This document shows positions 8,237 through 18,384 of a DNA stretch of 64,000 nt, piece by piece. The notes beneath the pieces were generated by a model. It was given only the letters and a program-made list of their open reading frames with translations, did not search any database and was not told where the DNA came from. Position numbers and translations under genes: made by a program. Positions within the stretch are counted from its first letter, which is position 1. Each line of letters begins with the position of its first letter. The stretch lies in the NCBI GenBank assembly GCA_948938605.1, contig CARAIG010000079.1:15-64014 (forward strand), in the 5' to 3' direction. This stretch comes from an uncultured Eubacteriales bacterium (GTDB taxonomy: Bacteria; Bacillota; Clostridia; Christensenellales; CAG-314).

Positions 8237-9973
8237 TTACCACTTATCGCGAAGGAAGCGTTTTTCGTCTTCTTTAAGGTCAAGTCCCAACGTTCCGCCG
8301 GGGTTCATAAGGTTGTCGGGATCGAAGTGCTTTTTAAGCGTTTTGTAAATTTCCATTTGACGGGTACCGATTTGTCCTTCGAGCCAAGGCGCAAAGAATT
8401 TGCCTATACCGTGATGGTGCGAAATTGCCGCACCGCTCTTTTGAATGTGGTCGAGTATTCCGCTCCAATAGTTTACAAAGTCGTCCAGTTCGGTCATCTT
8501 TGCAATGAAAATGAAGTACAGGTTAGCCCCTTGGGGATAGCAGTGAGACATATGCGTCATACAAATCGTATTGGGACGGCTGTGGCAGTATTCGCGTACA
8601 AGTTGGTGTACGTGTTCCATTTGGCTCCAAGTAACCGAACATTCCAATGTGTCGGTCATTACGCCGAAGTCCTGCATTGTGTCGCGCAAATACGGGTCGT
8701 TAAAGCGTCCTTTTTCCCAAGCGGAAGTAACCATACCGGTCAAACTCATTGCCTTGTGCTTTTTGCAAATGCGTTTGACGTTTTTGGCTATGTTTTTGCA
8801 AAAGCCTTTTTCGCCGTCGGTAAAGCCAAGGAACAAGCAACGTTTGTGCGGTTTGTACCCCAAACCGTTAAGCATTTTGCCCAAAATACTTTCGGATACG
8901 CCGTACAAGTGCATCATCATATCCGTTTCCTCGGGGTCGCTCAAACGGAATACGCTGGGGCGTCCGCATTCGCACTGCATAATTTCGCGCGCCGCGTCCA
9001 TTGCCGTTTCCCAGTCCTTAAACATAAAACTGAACTTATAGTGGTTTTTCGGCATATGACGGAAAACTTTTAACGTTACGTGCGTCAGTACGCCGAAGGT
9101 GCCTTCACTGCCCATCATAATTTGGTTGATGTCCGGTCCCGTAGCCTTAGCGGGATACGGTTCGGTTTTAACAATGCCCGTAGGCGTTGCGTATTCCTGC
9201 GCTATTACTATATCTTCGATTTTACCGTAATAGGTGGAGTTTTGTCCCGCACCGCGCGTTACAGTCCAACCGCCGACGCTGCTGTATTCGAACGATTGCG
9301 GGAAGTGTCCGCAAGTGTATGCGCGTTTTGCGCCGAACAGTTTAACGGCATTATTGAGCGTTTCTTCAAGTTTAGGTCCGCTCATACCCGCTTCCACCGT
9401 TATGGTTTGGTCGGTTTCGTTAAAGTCGATTACTTTGTTAAAGTGCCTGCGCATATCCAAACTTACGCCGCCGCAAATGGGTTCAACGCCGCGAGTTACC
9501 GACGAACCGCCGCCGTAAACGTAAAGGGGGATTTTGTGCTTTGAAACAAACGCTACGATTTTTTCGATTTGTTCCTTGCTTTCGGGGTAAAGCACTGCAT
9601 CGGGAACGTTGTCCGCAATGTGTTGGCGAAGGCGCAGCAAGTCGAACATTGTTTTGCCGTACGCTACACTTAAACGGTCGTAGTCGTCGGTGGATATGTT
9701 GTCTTCACCGACAATTTCGCGCAGTCCTTTTAAAATATCGACGGACAGCCCGCAAGGTTTAGTCAATTTTACTTCTTCCAGTCCCAACGGTTCGTCGTAA
9801 TTTTTAAAATCGTCGTCGGTTAAGTGGAAAATTTCCTTCATCAACTTGTAAAGGTTTTCCTTAGGAATTTTATTAAACGACGGATCGCCCCATTTAAAAA
9901 TGGAACGGTAACTGCGCTTAGGCGGATTTTCAAGATACCATTTAGGCTCAAAGCCTTTATAGGGTTTGCTCAT
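8237..9973 (-). CDS. FAD-linked oxidase, alkyl-DHAP-synthase/GlcD-like
   Basis: 578 aa with an FAD_binding_4-like region (PLYVYGGGSSVTRG) and an AGPS-like C-terminal half (HHHGIGK). An AAAGGAG RBS precedes ATG 9973. Confidence 0.65.
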   Translation of the reverse strand: MSKPYKGFEPKWYLENPPKRSYRSIFKWGDPSFNKIPKENLYKLMKEIFHLTDDDFKNYDEPLGLEEVKLTKPCGLSVDILKGLREIVGEDNISTDDYDRLSVAYGKTMFDLLRLRQHIADNVPDAVLYPESKEQIEKIVAFVSKHKIPLYVYGGGSSVTRGVEPICGGVSLDMRRHFNKVIDFNETDQTITVEAGMSGPKLEETLNNAVKLFGAKRAYTCGHFPQSFEYSSVGGWTVTRGAGQNSTYYGKIEDIVIAQEYATPTGIVKTEPYPAKATGPDINQIMMGSEGTFGVLTHVTLKVFRHMPKNHYKFSFMFKDWETAMDAAREIMQCECGRPSVFRLSDPEETDMMMHLYGVSESILGKMLNGLGYKPHKRCLFLGFTDGEKGFCKNIAKNVKRICKKHKAMSLTGMVTSAWEKGRFNDPYLRDTMQDFGVMTDTLECSVTWSQMEHVHQLVREYCHSRPNTICMTHMSHCYPQGANLYFIFIAKMTELDDFVNYWSGILDHIQKSGAAISHHHGIGKFFAPWLEGQIGTRQMEIYKTLKKHFDPDNLMNPGGTLGLDLKEDEKRFLRDKW

Positions 9974-9987
9974 TGTAATTACTCCTT

Positions 9988-11523
9988 TTAGTTATTATGC
10001 TTATCCATATGCAAATAAAGTTTTTGCAATTTTTTGTATAATTTCATATAGACGTTTTTGTATAAGTCGTCGTATATTTTTACGTTTTGCGGATTGGGCG
10101 TAAATTCGTCGACAAACCGCACCATTCCCTTTACTGCGTCTTCGGCGCAACCGTACACTCCGCAAGCGGTAAAGGCAACTATTGCGCAACCTAACGCACA
10201 AGTTTCGTGCGTTTGAACGCGCTTTACGGGCTTATTGAAAATGTCCGCAGCGATTTGACAAATAAGGTCGCTTTGGGCTCCGCCGCCCGAAACCGTAATA
10301 AAATCTATTTTTTGATGTCCCCTGCGTTCCAACCGTTCAAGCCCTTCGCGCAACGCATAGTCTATACCTTCGATTATGGCTTTGTAAACGTGGGCGCGGG
10401 TATGCCAGTCATTAAAACCTATTACCGAACCGCGTGCTTCGGGGTGAGTTAGTCCCCCTTGCCAAAACGGTTGTAAAATAAGTCCGTCGCTGCCTGCGGG
10501 AATTGCTTCCATTTCCTCGTTCATAAGTTCTTCGACGCTTTTGCCCGTTTCTTCCGAACGTTTTTCCAAATGTTGGGCAAATTGTTTTTTAAACCAACTT
10601 ATCATCCAATAACCGCGGAATATTTGCACTTCGGGGTTATAGTACGCCTTAACGACCGACGGATAGCTGGGCATAAACGTTTCCGGCTCGAAATACTTTT
10701 TAGTGGAAAACTGCACAGTACTGCTTGTGCCGAACGATATGCTTGCAACGTTGCGGTCGATACATCCGCCCCCCAACGTTTCGCAACTTTTGTCCGATCC
10801 GCTTGCAATTACTTTAAGCCCTTGTTTAAGTCCTGTAATTTTAGCGATTTGTTCATCGATTGTACCAACAGTGTCGCCGGGATCGCACAGCGGTATCATT
10901 TTTTCTAACGGCAAATTAAATACGGGAAACAGCAATTCGCCTTTTTTTAACCAGCGTCTGCGTTTATTGAAAAACGGTAAATGTCCTATTATAGACGCGT
11001 ACGAATCCACAAGATTCCCCGTCAATTTATAATTAAGATACCCCGATATTAGGACGACTTTGTCTACCTTAGCCCAAACTTCTGGTTCGTTGTCCTGCAC
11101 CCAATTGGTAAATACGCGTCGGCGTATAGCTTTAATCGGACGGGACATACCTACCAATCCAAACAAAAATCGTTGCTTAAAAGGAAGTTTTTTAGACGTA
11201 TCCGCAACGCGCATATCGCTCCAAAGTATACAGTTGCGCACGGCATTCCTGTCCTTATCCAAAAGTACGGCGGTATCGCGGAAAGTATCAACAGATATTG
11301 CAATAACGCTTTCCATAAGTTCGGGCTGTTTGTCCCTAATTGCTTTTGTAATGTCACACAAAACATCCCAATACATATCGGCGGACTGTTCCATATATCC
11401 GCTTTCCTTACATATGTAAGGTTTGTACTTGATTTGTTCCTTAATTAGCAAATTACCCTTGTCGTCGAAGATTATACCGCGCATACTTTGCGTGCCGACA
11501 TCTATAACTAATACGTTACTCAT
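9988..11523 (-). CDS. FGGY-family carbohydrate kinase
   Basis: N-terminal VLVIDVGTQSMRG plus FGGY_C-like GGGAQSDLICQIAADIF. The start is set to ATG 11523, which follows an AGGAGG RBS. Confidence 0.75.
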   Translation of the reverse strand: MSNVLVIDVGTQSMRGIIFDDKGNLLIKEQIKYKPYICKESGYMEQSADMYWDVLCDITKAIRDKQPELMESVIAISVDTFRDTAVLLDKDRNAVRNCILWSDMRVADTSKKLPFKQRFLFGLVGMSRPIKAIRRRVFTNWVQDNEPEVWAKVDKVVLISGYLNYKLTGNLVDSYASIIGHLPFFNKRRRWLKKGELLFPVFNLPLEKMIPLCDPGDTVGTIDEQIAKITGLKQGLKVIASGSDKSCETLGGGCIDRNVASISFGTSSTVQFSTKKYFEPETFMPSYPSVVKAYYNPEVQIFRGYWMISWFKKQFAQHLEKRSEETGKSVEELMNEEMEAIPAGSDGLILQPFWQGGLTHPEARGSVIGFNDWHTRAHVYKAIIEGIDYALREGLERLERRGHQKIDFITVSGGGAQSDLICQIAADIFNKPVKRVQTHETCALGCAIVAFTACGVYGCAEDAVKGMVRFVDEFTPNPQNVKIYDDLYKNVYMKLYKKLQKLYLHMDKHNN

Positions 11524-11594
11524 ACAACTCCTCCTAAAACAGCCGCATTTGCAAATTAAAATTTGCGGCGTTGACAATTAATTGAAATGTCCGC

Positions 11595-11942
11595 TTAGTA
11601 CATCTCGGTAGTAGTTATTACGTTAACTTCCGTTCCGCAAACATTCTTAATTAAAATTGTACCGATTGGAACTTTTTTGTCAAGAGTAAATTTAGATAAA
11701 ATTGCAATTAATTCGAAAATTTTGTCTTTGGGAATTTCGCCGTCGGTGCGTACCGACACAACGGGATAGTCGCTAACCGTTGTGCGTACCGAGCTGGTTA
11801 TACTGCGCGTAGGACACGTCAGTTCGGTTTTGGCAAACGCTTCGCCCCGCTTGCACTTTGCGCCCGCAACGGATATTTCGCCGTTGTTGTTTTCCACAGT
11901 AAGTCTGCACCCGTTGGGGCAAACGATACATACCATATCCAT
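11595..11942 (-). CDS. DUF1667 domain protein (small partner of GlpA-like dehydrogenases)
   Basis: 115 aa with N-terminal CIVCPNGCRL...CKRGE cysteine motifs. It is adjacent to two FAD oxidoreductases, as in known DUF1667 operons. Confidence 0.65.
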   Translation of the reverse strand: MDMVCIVCPNGCRLTVENNNGEISVAGAKCKRGEAFAKTELTCPTRSITSSVRTTVSDYPVVSVRTDGEIPKDKIFELIAILSKFTLDKKVPIGTILIKNVCGTEVNVITTTEMY

Positions 11943-11943
11943 T

Positions 11944-13179
11944 TTAAGCGTCCTCCAATGTAACGGTTATATTGTTTAAATTGCTTGCCTTGCTAAAATC
12001 GACAACTATCCTTTCCATTTCGGGCGGAAGCAGTTTTAAATAACGCTTTGTAAACACCGTTTCGCCGTTTGACGTTATTGTAAGCCGTTGATTGCCTAAA
12101 TCATCGCTTGCCCTAAAATACATTACTACCTTGTCTAGGTCGGAATTAACATCCAACATTTGGGGAACTACGTACATTATTTTTCCGCTAACGGAAATGT
12201 TTGTCAACTTACGTTCGCCGTTGTGTTTGCAGGCGTTAACTCCAGCAATTTCGCCGCTTTCGGATACGTAGTCGACAAGGTCGTTTACGTGCAATGCATT
12301 TCCGCAAGCATAAACGTTGTCGGTTAATGTTTGACAGTTTTGGTCGACAAACGCGCCTTTGGTTTTGTAGTCCAGTTTAACAGACAAGTCGTTCGCAATT
12401 TCGTTTTCGGGGATAAGCCCTACTGCAAGTATCAACGTGTCGCATTCGACGATTTGCTCGGTTCCCGCAATAGGACGCATTTTGTCGTCCACATCGGATA
12501 TTTCCACTTTTTCCAACCTGTCGCGACCGAATACGCGCGTTACAGTCTTGGACAAATGCAAGGGAATGTCGAAATCGTGCAAACACTGATGAATGTTACG
12601 CGTAAGTCCCGACGGCGTGGGTTTTGCTTCGTAAACGCCCAAAACCTTTGCTCCTTCGAGAGTTAAACGCCTTGCCATAATTAAACCTATGTCGCCGCTG
12701 CCCAGTATTACCGTACGACGCCCCGGCATAACGCCCAGTATGTTTACAAGGTTTTGCGCCGCGCCTGCGGTATAAACGCCCGAACAACGGTCGCCTTGAA
12801 TAAATATTCCGTTTTTAGTACGTTCGCGGCAACCAGTTGCAAGTATGATTTTGTCGCACGTAACGTTTTTTACACCGTTTTCGCACACATATGTCAATTC
12901 GAACATATCTGCACGTCTAACGTTTGTAACAAAACTGAACAACGCCACTTCCACATTGGTTTTGGCAAGTTCCTTTACAAAACGGTCGGCGTATTCCGGT
13001 CCTGACAATTTTTCGCCGAAACGGACGACTCCGAATCCGTCGTGAATGCACTGCTTCAAAATTCCGCCTAAACGCTGCTCGCGTTCGATTAACAAAACTT
13101 TCGCCTGTCCGCTTGCCTTAATTGCCGCCGCAAGCCCCGCAGGACCGCCGCCGATTATTACAATGTCGTAATGTTGCAT
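11944..13179 (-). CDS. FAD/NAD(P)-dependent pyridine nucleotide-disulfide oxidoreductase family protein
   Basis: Dinucleotide-binding motifs DIVIIGGGPAGLAAA and VILGSGDIGL. Confidence 0.75.
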   Translation of the reverse strand: MQHYDIVIIGGGPAGLAAAIKASGQAKVLLIEREQRLGGILKQCIHDGFGVVRFGEKLSGPEYADRFVKELAKTNVEVALFSFVTNVRRADMFELTYVCENGVKNVTCDKIILATGCRERTKNGIFIQGDRCSGVYTAGAAQNLVNILGVMPGRRTVILGSGDIGLIMARRLTLEGAKVLGVYEAKPTPSGLTRNIHQCLHDFDIPLHLSKTVTRVFGRDRLEKVEISDVDDKMRPIAGTEQIVECDTLILAVGLIPENEIANDLSVKLDYKTKGAFVDQNCQTLTDNVYACGNALHVNDLVDYVSESGEIAGVNACKHNGERKLTNISVSGKIMYVVPQMLDVNSDLDKVVMYFRASDDLGNQRLTITSNGETVFTKRYLKLLPPEMERIVVDFSKASNLNNITVTLEDA

Positions 13180-13192
13180 TTTTATATCCGCC

Positions 13193-14911
13193 TTAAATTT
13201 CCTTGATATTTCCTATTGCTATATAACTGCCGTTGTCGCACTTGTTTACGTCCTTTATGTCGACTTTAAGTTCGTCGGCAATGGTTTTTAACACCATTGG
13301 CATACAAAAACCGCCTTGACAACGTCCCATACCTGCGCGTACGCGGCGTTTTACTCCGTCGATTGTGGCAACGCCCAACGGATTGTTAATTGCTTGCTTA
13401 ATTTCGCCAAGACTTATTTGTTCGCAACGGCAAATTATTTTGCCGTAGTCGGGATTGTCCGTTATCAATTTGTCAAGTTCGGATTCTTCTAAATTTTTAG
13501 CAATTACGGGAGCAATACGCTTTGGATTGTAGTTTGCGTTTTTCTCGACCGTTTCGCCGCGACTTTTTAATAGTTCTACCGTCATTTCCGCAACGTCTAC
13601 GCTAAATGCGGGCGCAGCGGTAAGACCGGGCGATTGAATACCCGCAACGTGAATAAGGTTACTTATTTTACGGCTCCGCTCTATAATAAAATCTTCTTCG
13701 TAAGTGGATGCGCGAACTCCCGCAAAATACGCAATGATATTGCCGCGTTGCAGCGACGGACAACACTTGTTTTGCTTTTCAAACACTTCGTTGACGTCAC
13801 TCATTGCCGTTGTGGTATCTTCCCGTTCGGGGACTTCGTGAGCGTTAGGTCCAAGCAAAATGTTGCCGTCCACCGTCTTAATGATTCCGCCGCCCTTGGT
13901 ATTTTTATTTTGTTTAAGGGTTTTAAGCGTTGGCGCAAGACTAATTGCGTTGGTAGGCAGACCCTTGCCTTTGGGATCCATTAACAAATCTACGCCTTTA
14001 CGCGGGTGTATGCTAAAATATCTGTCCCCCGCCATTTCGGCAATTTTGTCGGCAAAAACCCCCGCACAGTTAATTACGCACTTGGATGTAAACGTTCCGC
14101 GGTTGGTTACAACACTTGTAATTTCCTTGTCGTTATGTTCTAACGACAATACCGCCGTATTAAGCGACACCGTAACGCCGTTTTGCTGTGCGTTTTCGGC
14201 ATAGGCTATCGTTAGCTTATAAGGGCTTACTGCGCCCGTCGACGGTATTTTAAGCGCACCGACTGCGTAGTCCTTTACTTGCGGTTCGATGTTGCAAATT
14301 TCCTTTTTGCCAATCATTTTGACGTTTGGGATATTGTGCTTTTTAGCCCTGCTCAAATAACTGCGGCCAAGCAGTTGAATAAATTTGGACGAAAACACGA
14401 CATACTGTCCCGCACGTTCGAATTCCACGCCTAAGTCACTGCAAACTTGCTGATACATTGCGTTGCCTTTTACTCCGTAATGCAACTTTTTGCATTGATG
14501 TTTTAAGTCGATACCGGCATGCACCATTCCGTCGTTTGCGCCGCTTGCACCGTGCGCAACGTCGGAATGCTTTTCCACAAGCAGTACCTTTAACTTATAC
14601 TTAGACAATTCCCGCGCGACCGAGCAACCCGATATTCCGCCCCCTATTACAACTACGTCCCATTGGGTTTTGTCAAGCGACTTGTCGCAAACGGAAGGAA
14701 GCATCGGCGGCTGTTCGGTATACCCCGACAACTTTATGTCGTTGACAACGTGCTTGCCGCTTTTTTTGTCAACAAACATCTTACCTATTTTAACAATGGT
14801 TTGCCAATCGTTACATTCGCCGCTAAGTATTACGCTGCGTTCGTCTTGCACAGCGTTTACCTTTACGCCGTATATTTTGTAAACCCGATTGACCGTTTTA
14901 GTTAAATTCAT
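13193..14911 (-). CDS. FAD-dependent glycerol-3-phosphate dehydrogenase-like oxidoreductase with a BFD-like [2Fe-2S] domain
   Basis: DVVVIGGGISGCS (DAO family) and C-terminal CRCEQIS...GRCQGGFC (BFD-like). There is a ~90-aa N-terminal extension. The start is set at ATG 14911, which follows a GAGGTG RBS. Confidence 0.7.
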   Translation of the reverse strand: MNLTKTVNRVYKIYGVKVNAVQDERSVILSGECNDWQTIVKIGKMFVDKKSGKHVVNDIKLSGYTEQPPMLPSVCDKSLDKTQWDVVVIGGGISGCSVARELSKYKLKVLLVEKHSDVAHGASGANDGMVHAGIDLKHQCKKLHYGVKGNAMYQQVCSDLGVEFERAGQYVVFSSKFIQLLGRSYLSRAKKHNIPNVKMIGKKEICNIEPQVKDYAVGALKIPSTGAVSPYKLTIAYAENAQQNGVTVSLNTAVLSLEHNDKEITSVVTNRGTFTSKCVINCAGVFADKIAEMAGDRYFSIHPRKGVDLLMDPKGKGLPTNAISLAPTLKTLKQNKNTKGGGIIKTVDGNILLGPNAHEVPEREDTTTAMSDVNEVFEKQNKCCPSLQRGNIIAYFAGVRASTYEEDFIIERSRKISNLIHVAGIQSPGLTAAPAFSVDVAEMTVELLKSRGETVEKNANYNPKRIAPVIAKNLEESELDKLITDNPDYGKIICRCEQISLGEIKQAINNPLGVATIDGVKRRVRAGMGRCQGGFCMPMVLKTIADELKVDIKDVNKCDNGSYIAIGNIKEI

Positions 14912-15223
14912 AACTGCACCTCTGCCGTTAATATTCATTAGCGAACTTTAATTGCAAAATCCGTTCATTTTTGTATACCATTATTATACATCAATCATAA
15001 GCGAAAAGCAATACCAATATTTTTTGCGTTTAATGAAATTCTGTTCACTTATGTAGTTGTATTCAATTTATACACCTAAAAACAGTTTATTACTAATATT
15101 AAATTTTGGTACTAATGGCTTCAATGCGTTACGCGCCGTTAACAAAAATTGACGTGTTTTTATTTCAACATCCTGTTACTTTACTCATTTAACAAATTTT
15201 AGATTTTATGCTAAAATACTAAT

Positions 15224-16654
15224 ATGAATAATTTAGCGACAAATACAGCCGAAAAACATTATATAAAAATGACGCAAACGCCCGTTGCCAAATTAGTGGT
15301 ACTGTTGGGAATACCCACTACCGTATCGATGCTCATTACCAATTTGTACAACCTTGCGGATACGTATTTTGTAGGAACGATTAAAAACCCGTCGGCGCAA
15401 GGCGCAATCGGCGTGCTGTTTACGTTGCAATCTATTATTCAAGCGGTTGCGTTTATGTTGGGACACGGTTCGGGTTCGTATGTGGCAAAGGAACTTGCCG
15501 ACAAAAACATTGACAAAGCCAGCCGTTATATATCGTCGGCGTTTTTCCTTGGCGGAATATTCGGATTTGTGTTTATGGCAATAGGACTTGCGACTTTAAC
15601 GCCGTTTATGCGGCTACTCGGCTCGACCGAAACAATACTGCCCTACGCCAAAGATTACGGAATGTGGGTTATAATATCTTGTCCGTTCCTTGTGTGTTCG
15701 TTGATACTTAACAACTGCCTGCGTTACGAAGGCAAAGCGTTTTACGCAATGATCGGACTTGTTTCGGGCGCTGTAATTAACGTTGCGGGCGACTACTTGT
15801 TTATTAGCGTGCTTAATATGGAAGTGTTCGGTGCAGGACTGTCTACGGCTATTTCGCAAACGATAAGTTTTGTAATACTGCTTGTGTTGTATATTAAAAA
15901 GGCTCAAAGCAAAATTTCCTTTAAGCACATAAGCCGCGATGTAAAACTGTACCTTGCAGTATGCAAAGTGGGACTGCCGTCACTTATACGTCAAGGACTA
16001 AATTCAATTTCGTCGGGACTGCTAAACAACTTGTCAAAAATTTACGGCGGCAAAGTAGGACTTGCCGACGAAGTAATAGCCGCAATGAGCGTTGTAAACC
16101 GCTGTTCGTCCTTTATTATGTGTATAGGACTAGGCATAAGCCAAGGTCTGCAACCCGTAGCGTCCTTTAACTACGAGGCAAAAAAATACGCACGAGTAAA
16201 ACGCGCGTTAATAGTTACCGTTGTAATTGGCTTTTTAACGGTACTGTGCATATGTACACCTGTATTTATATTTGCGGACAAGGTTATTTGGCTGTTGCAA
16301 AAATCGCAAACGGTAATAGATATAGGTGCGCCCGCACTTAGGTACGCAACGTTAGGGTTAATATTCGTGCCGTTGTTTACGCCCGTTAATATGCTGTACC
16401 AAAGCATACGCAAGGCGTGGACGGCATCGCTGTTGTCGCTGTTGCGTAACGGATTGACGTTTATACCTATACTAATTGTAACAACGTCTATTTGGGGAAT
16501 ACTAGGCATACAAATTTCCCAACCGATTGCAGACGCATTGACGGGACTTATAAGTTTGCCGTTTATAATACACTTTTTAAAAACCACTCCAAGCATAGAC
16601 GAAGCAGACGGTACAAGCGAACAATATGCCGAAGACGAAAACAATCAAAACTAA
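15224..16654 (+). CDS. MATE family efflux transporter
   Basis: 476 aa with about 12 TM segments and the N-terminal PTTVSMLITNLYNLADTYFVG pattern typical of MatE. Confidence 0.8.
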   Translation: MNNLATNTAEKHYIKMTQTPVAKLVVLLGIPTTVSMLITNLYNLADTYFVGTIKNPSAQGAIGVLFTLQSIIQAVAFMLGHGSGSYVAKELADKNIDKASRYISSAFFLGGIFGFVFMAIGLATLTPFMRLLGSTETILPYAKDYGMWVIISCPFLVCSLILNNCLRYEGKAFYAMIGLVSGAVINVAGDYLFISVLNMEVFGAGLSTAISQTISFVILLVLYIKKAQSKISFKHISRDVKLYLAVCKVGLPSLIRQGLNSISSGLLNNLSKIYGGKVGLADEVIAAMSVVNRCSSFIMCIGLGISQGLQPVASFNYEAKKYARVKRALIVTVVIGFLTVLCICTPVFIFADKVIWLLQKSQTVIDIGAPALRYATLGLIFVPLFTPVNMLYQSIRKAWTASLLSLLRNGLTFIPILIVTTSIWGILGIQISQPIADALTGLISLPFIIHFLKTTPSIDEADGTSEQYAEDENNQN

Positions 16655-16669
16655 CAGTTATCAAATAAT

Positions 16670-16697
16670 AAAAAACGCCCTTTCTCAGGCGTTTTTT
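16670..16697 (+). terminator. Rho-independent terminator after the MATE gene
   Basis: AAAACGCC-loop-GGCGTTTTTT. Confidence 0.65.
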
Positions 16698-16770
16698 ACT
16701 TTTAATGATTTATTATTTTTTTGATACGCAAAGGGGCGTTTCAGTTATTTACGATTTTAAATGATTGCTT

Positions 16771-17322
16771 TTACTGAGCGTTAAACCACTTCATAAACTG
16801 TTCGAACTGGGCGTGCAGTTCCTGCTCGGTTCCGTTGTTGGTAACATAGTAGTCCGCTTTTGCAATAGGACCGCCCTTTTCGCTATTTTCAATTTCCGCA
16901 ATGTCGCGACTGTCCACTTGTTCGCTTGTTAAGGGACGTACGGTGCGGTTTTTTAACCTGTCTTTGCGAATTTGGTTGTTTGTAACTACCGCCAACACTA
17001 TTAAGTCTTTGCCCAACAATTCCTTTAATATTTTATATTCCGACCAGCTATACAGCCCGTCAAGCACCACATTGCCGTTTTGTAATTTTTGACAGATTTC
17101 TTCTTTAAGCAATATTGCAAAAGCTCCATTGCCGTGTTTGTCGCGCAATCCTTCGCGCATAGCGCGTTCGTTTGCTTCGTTTACTTCGATGCCTTGTTTT
17201 TTCAGTTGCGAAACGGTAACTCCGCCGAAGTATACTTCCGACCAGCCCAAATTTTTAAAATATCCGCACAGCACGCTTTTGCCCGAACCGCACATTCCTA
17301 CTACCGCTACCGCTTTACTCAT
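16771..17322 (-). CDS. P-loop nucleotide kinase-like protein (dephospho-CoA kinase / UPF0200-like)
   Basis: Walker A GMCGSGKS and the overall pattern of small archaeal-type AAA kinases (DGLYSWSEY..., RDIAEIENSEKGGPIAKADYYV). ATG 17322 follows an AAAGGTG RBS. Confidence 0.55.
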   Translation of the reverse strand: MSKAVAVVGMCGSGKSVLCGYFKNLGWSEVYFGGVTVSQLKKQGIEVNEANERAMREGLRDKHGNGAFAILLKEEICQKLQNGNVVLDGLYSWSEYKILKELLGKDLIVLAVVTNNQIRKDRLKNRTVRPLTSEQVDSRDIAEIENSEKGGPIAKADYYVTNNGTEQELHAQFEQFMKWFNAQ

Positions 17323-17405
17323 AAGTAACACCTTTTTCCCTTAAAAACCTAATTGAATTTTCGGTTTGATTGAAAACATTTACCGTTTTATTTTACATCA
17401 AATAT

Positions 17406-17441
17406 TAAAACAAAGCAAGCGCATTTAAAGCGTTTGCTTTG
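17406..17441 (-). terminator. Rho-independent terminator after the thioesterase gene
   Basis: Minus strand: GCAAAGCAAACGC-loop-GCGCTTGCTTTG followed by TTTT. Confidence 0.6.
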
Positions 17442-17456
17442 CTAATATTTTATTTA

Positions 17457-18191
17457 TTAATTTGCCAACGTAAATTTGACGGTAAAAGACGTTTCGCCGT
17501 CACGTTCGCCCACGACGTACACTGCGTTGTTTTCCCGCTTGGAATATATCTTTACCACATCACCGCATTTAAGTTCCTTGTGGTAAACAATTTCCGCTTC
17601 GGCAATCCGTTCCGTTTGGGACAAGACGTCCAATGCGTAATTGACGTAGTTAGTATTATTGACGTGCTTGTTTAAGTCCAAGTCGGTTCGGCGTATTTGA
17701 CGCTCGTAACTAAGGCTGTAACTTTCGTCCTTGCGTACCCTGTCAAAATTGTTGTCGCAACCGCATTCGGCTGTGTCGAAGTCAAAATTGTAATATTGCG
17801 CAACGGTTTCGCGCGAAGCGATTTTACGGCTGTCGCGTTCCACTATCATCCACAAAGTACTGCTGCTAAAAAGCAACTCGCCCTGTCCGTCCACGCCTTC
17901 AAAACGGCGTTCCAAGTATAATCTGTTTGCGGCAACGGGCCAAGTGTACAATTTAAACCCGCTTTCCTTGCGTGTGATCGGTTTGTGAAAAACAATCTTA
18001 ACTTTGCTTAACACCCAAAACAAACCGTTTTCGTCCATACGATCCCAACCGATACCCAACCTATCGGCGTGAGTAGTTGCCGCACCTTGCGTAATTTCCA
18101 TTAAGCGACGTATGCTTATGTCAGACGTTACATCAAAGTCGCTCGAATACAATGCGCAATCCATTGTTAAAAAAGTTTTTTGCGGAAGCAT
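17457..18191 (-). CDS. Acyl-ACP thioesterase
   Basis: 244 aa with length and pattern (double hot-dog fold, DLDLNKHVNNTNY) typical of the bacterial FatA/B-like acyl-ACP thioesterase family. Confidence 0.7.
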   Translation of the reverse strand: MLPQKTFLTMDCALYSSDFDVTSDISIRRLMEITQGAATTHADRLGIGWDRMDENGLFWVLSKVKIVFHKPITRKESGFKLYTWPVAANRLYLERRFEGVDGQGELLFSSSTLWMIVERDSRKIASRETVAQYYNFDFDTAECGCDNNFDRVRKDESYSLSYERQIRRTDLDLNKHVNNTNYVNYALDVLSQTERIAEAEIVYHKELKCGDVVKIYSKRENNAVYVVGERDGETSFTVKFTLAN

Positions 18192-18342
18192 AGTTTTATC
18201 TTTTCCTTTTGTCCGTTACATTCAATCAGATAATTGTTTGTAACAAGTATTTACAAAATATTATATCCTTTTTGCCAAATTTGTCAAAAAGAAAACCGCG
18301 ACTCGTTAAAAAACACTAAAAAAGTTAAAGATATTAAAAGTA

Positions 18343-18371
18343 TTGACAGCATATAAATTATAGTGTATACT
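18343..18371 (+). promoter_or_regulatory. Consensus sigma-A promoter of the ATPase leader
   Basis: TTGACA (18343-18348), 17 nt, TATACT (18366-18371). Confidence 0.65.
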
Positions 18372-18384
18372 TACGCTAATTTAA

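Noticed and set aside
8192-9073. 293-aa plus-strand ORF, with other long ORFs antisense to confident genes (5621-6238, 19844-20422, 20617-21312, 27120-27659, 32507-33124, 49409-50074).
   Set aside because: Each lies entirely antisense within a gene that has clear family motifs. Their translations are low-complexity or Arg/Cys/Phe-rich with no recognisable motif and no RBS. They are shadow ORFs.
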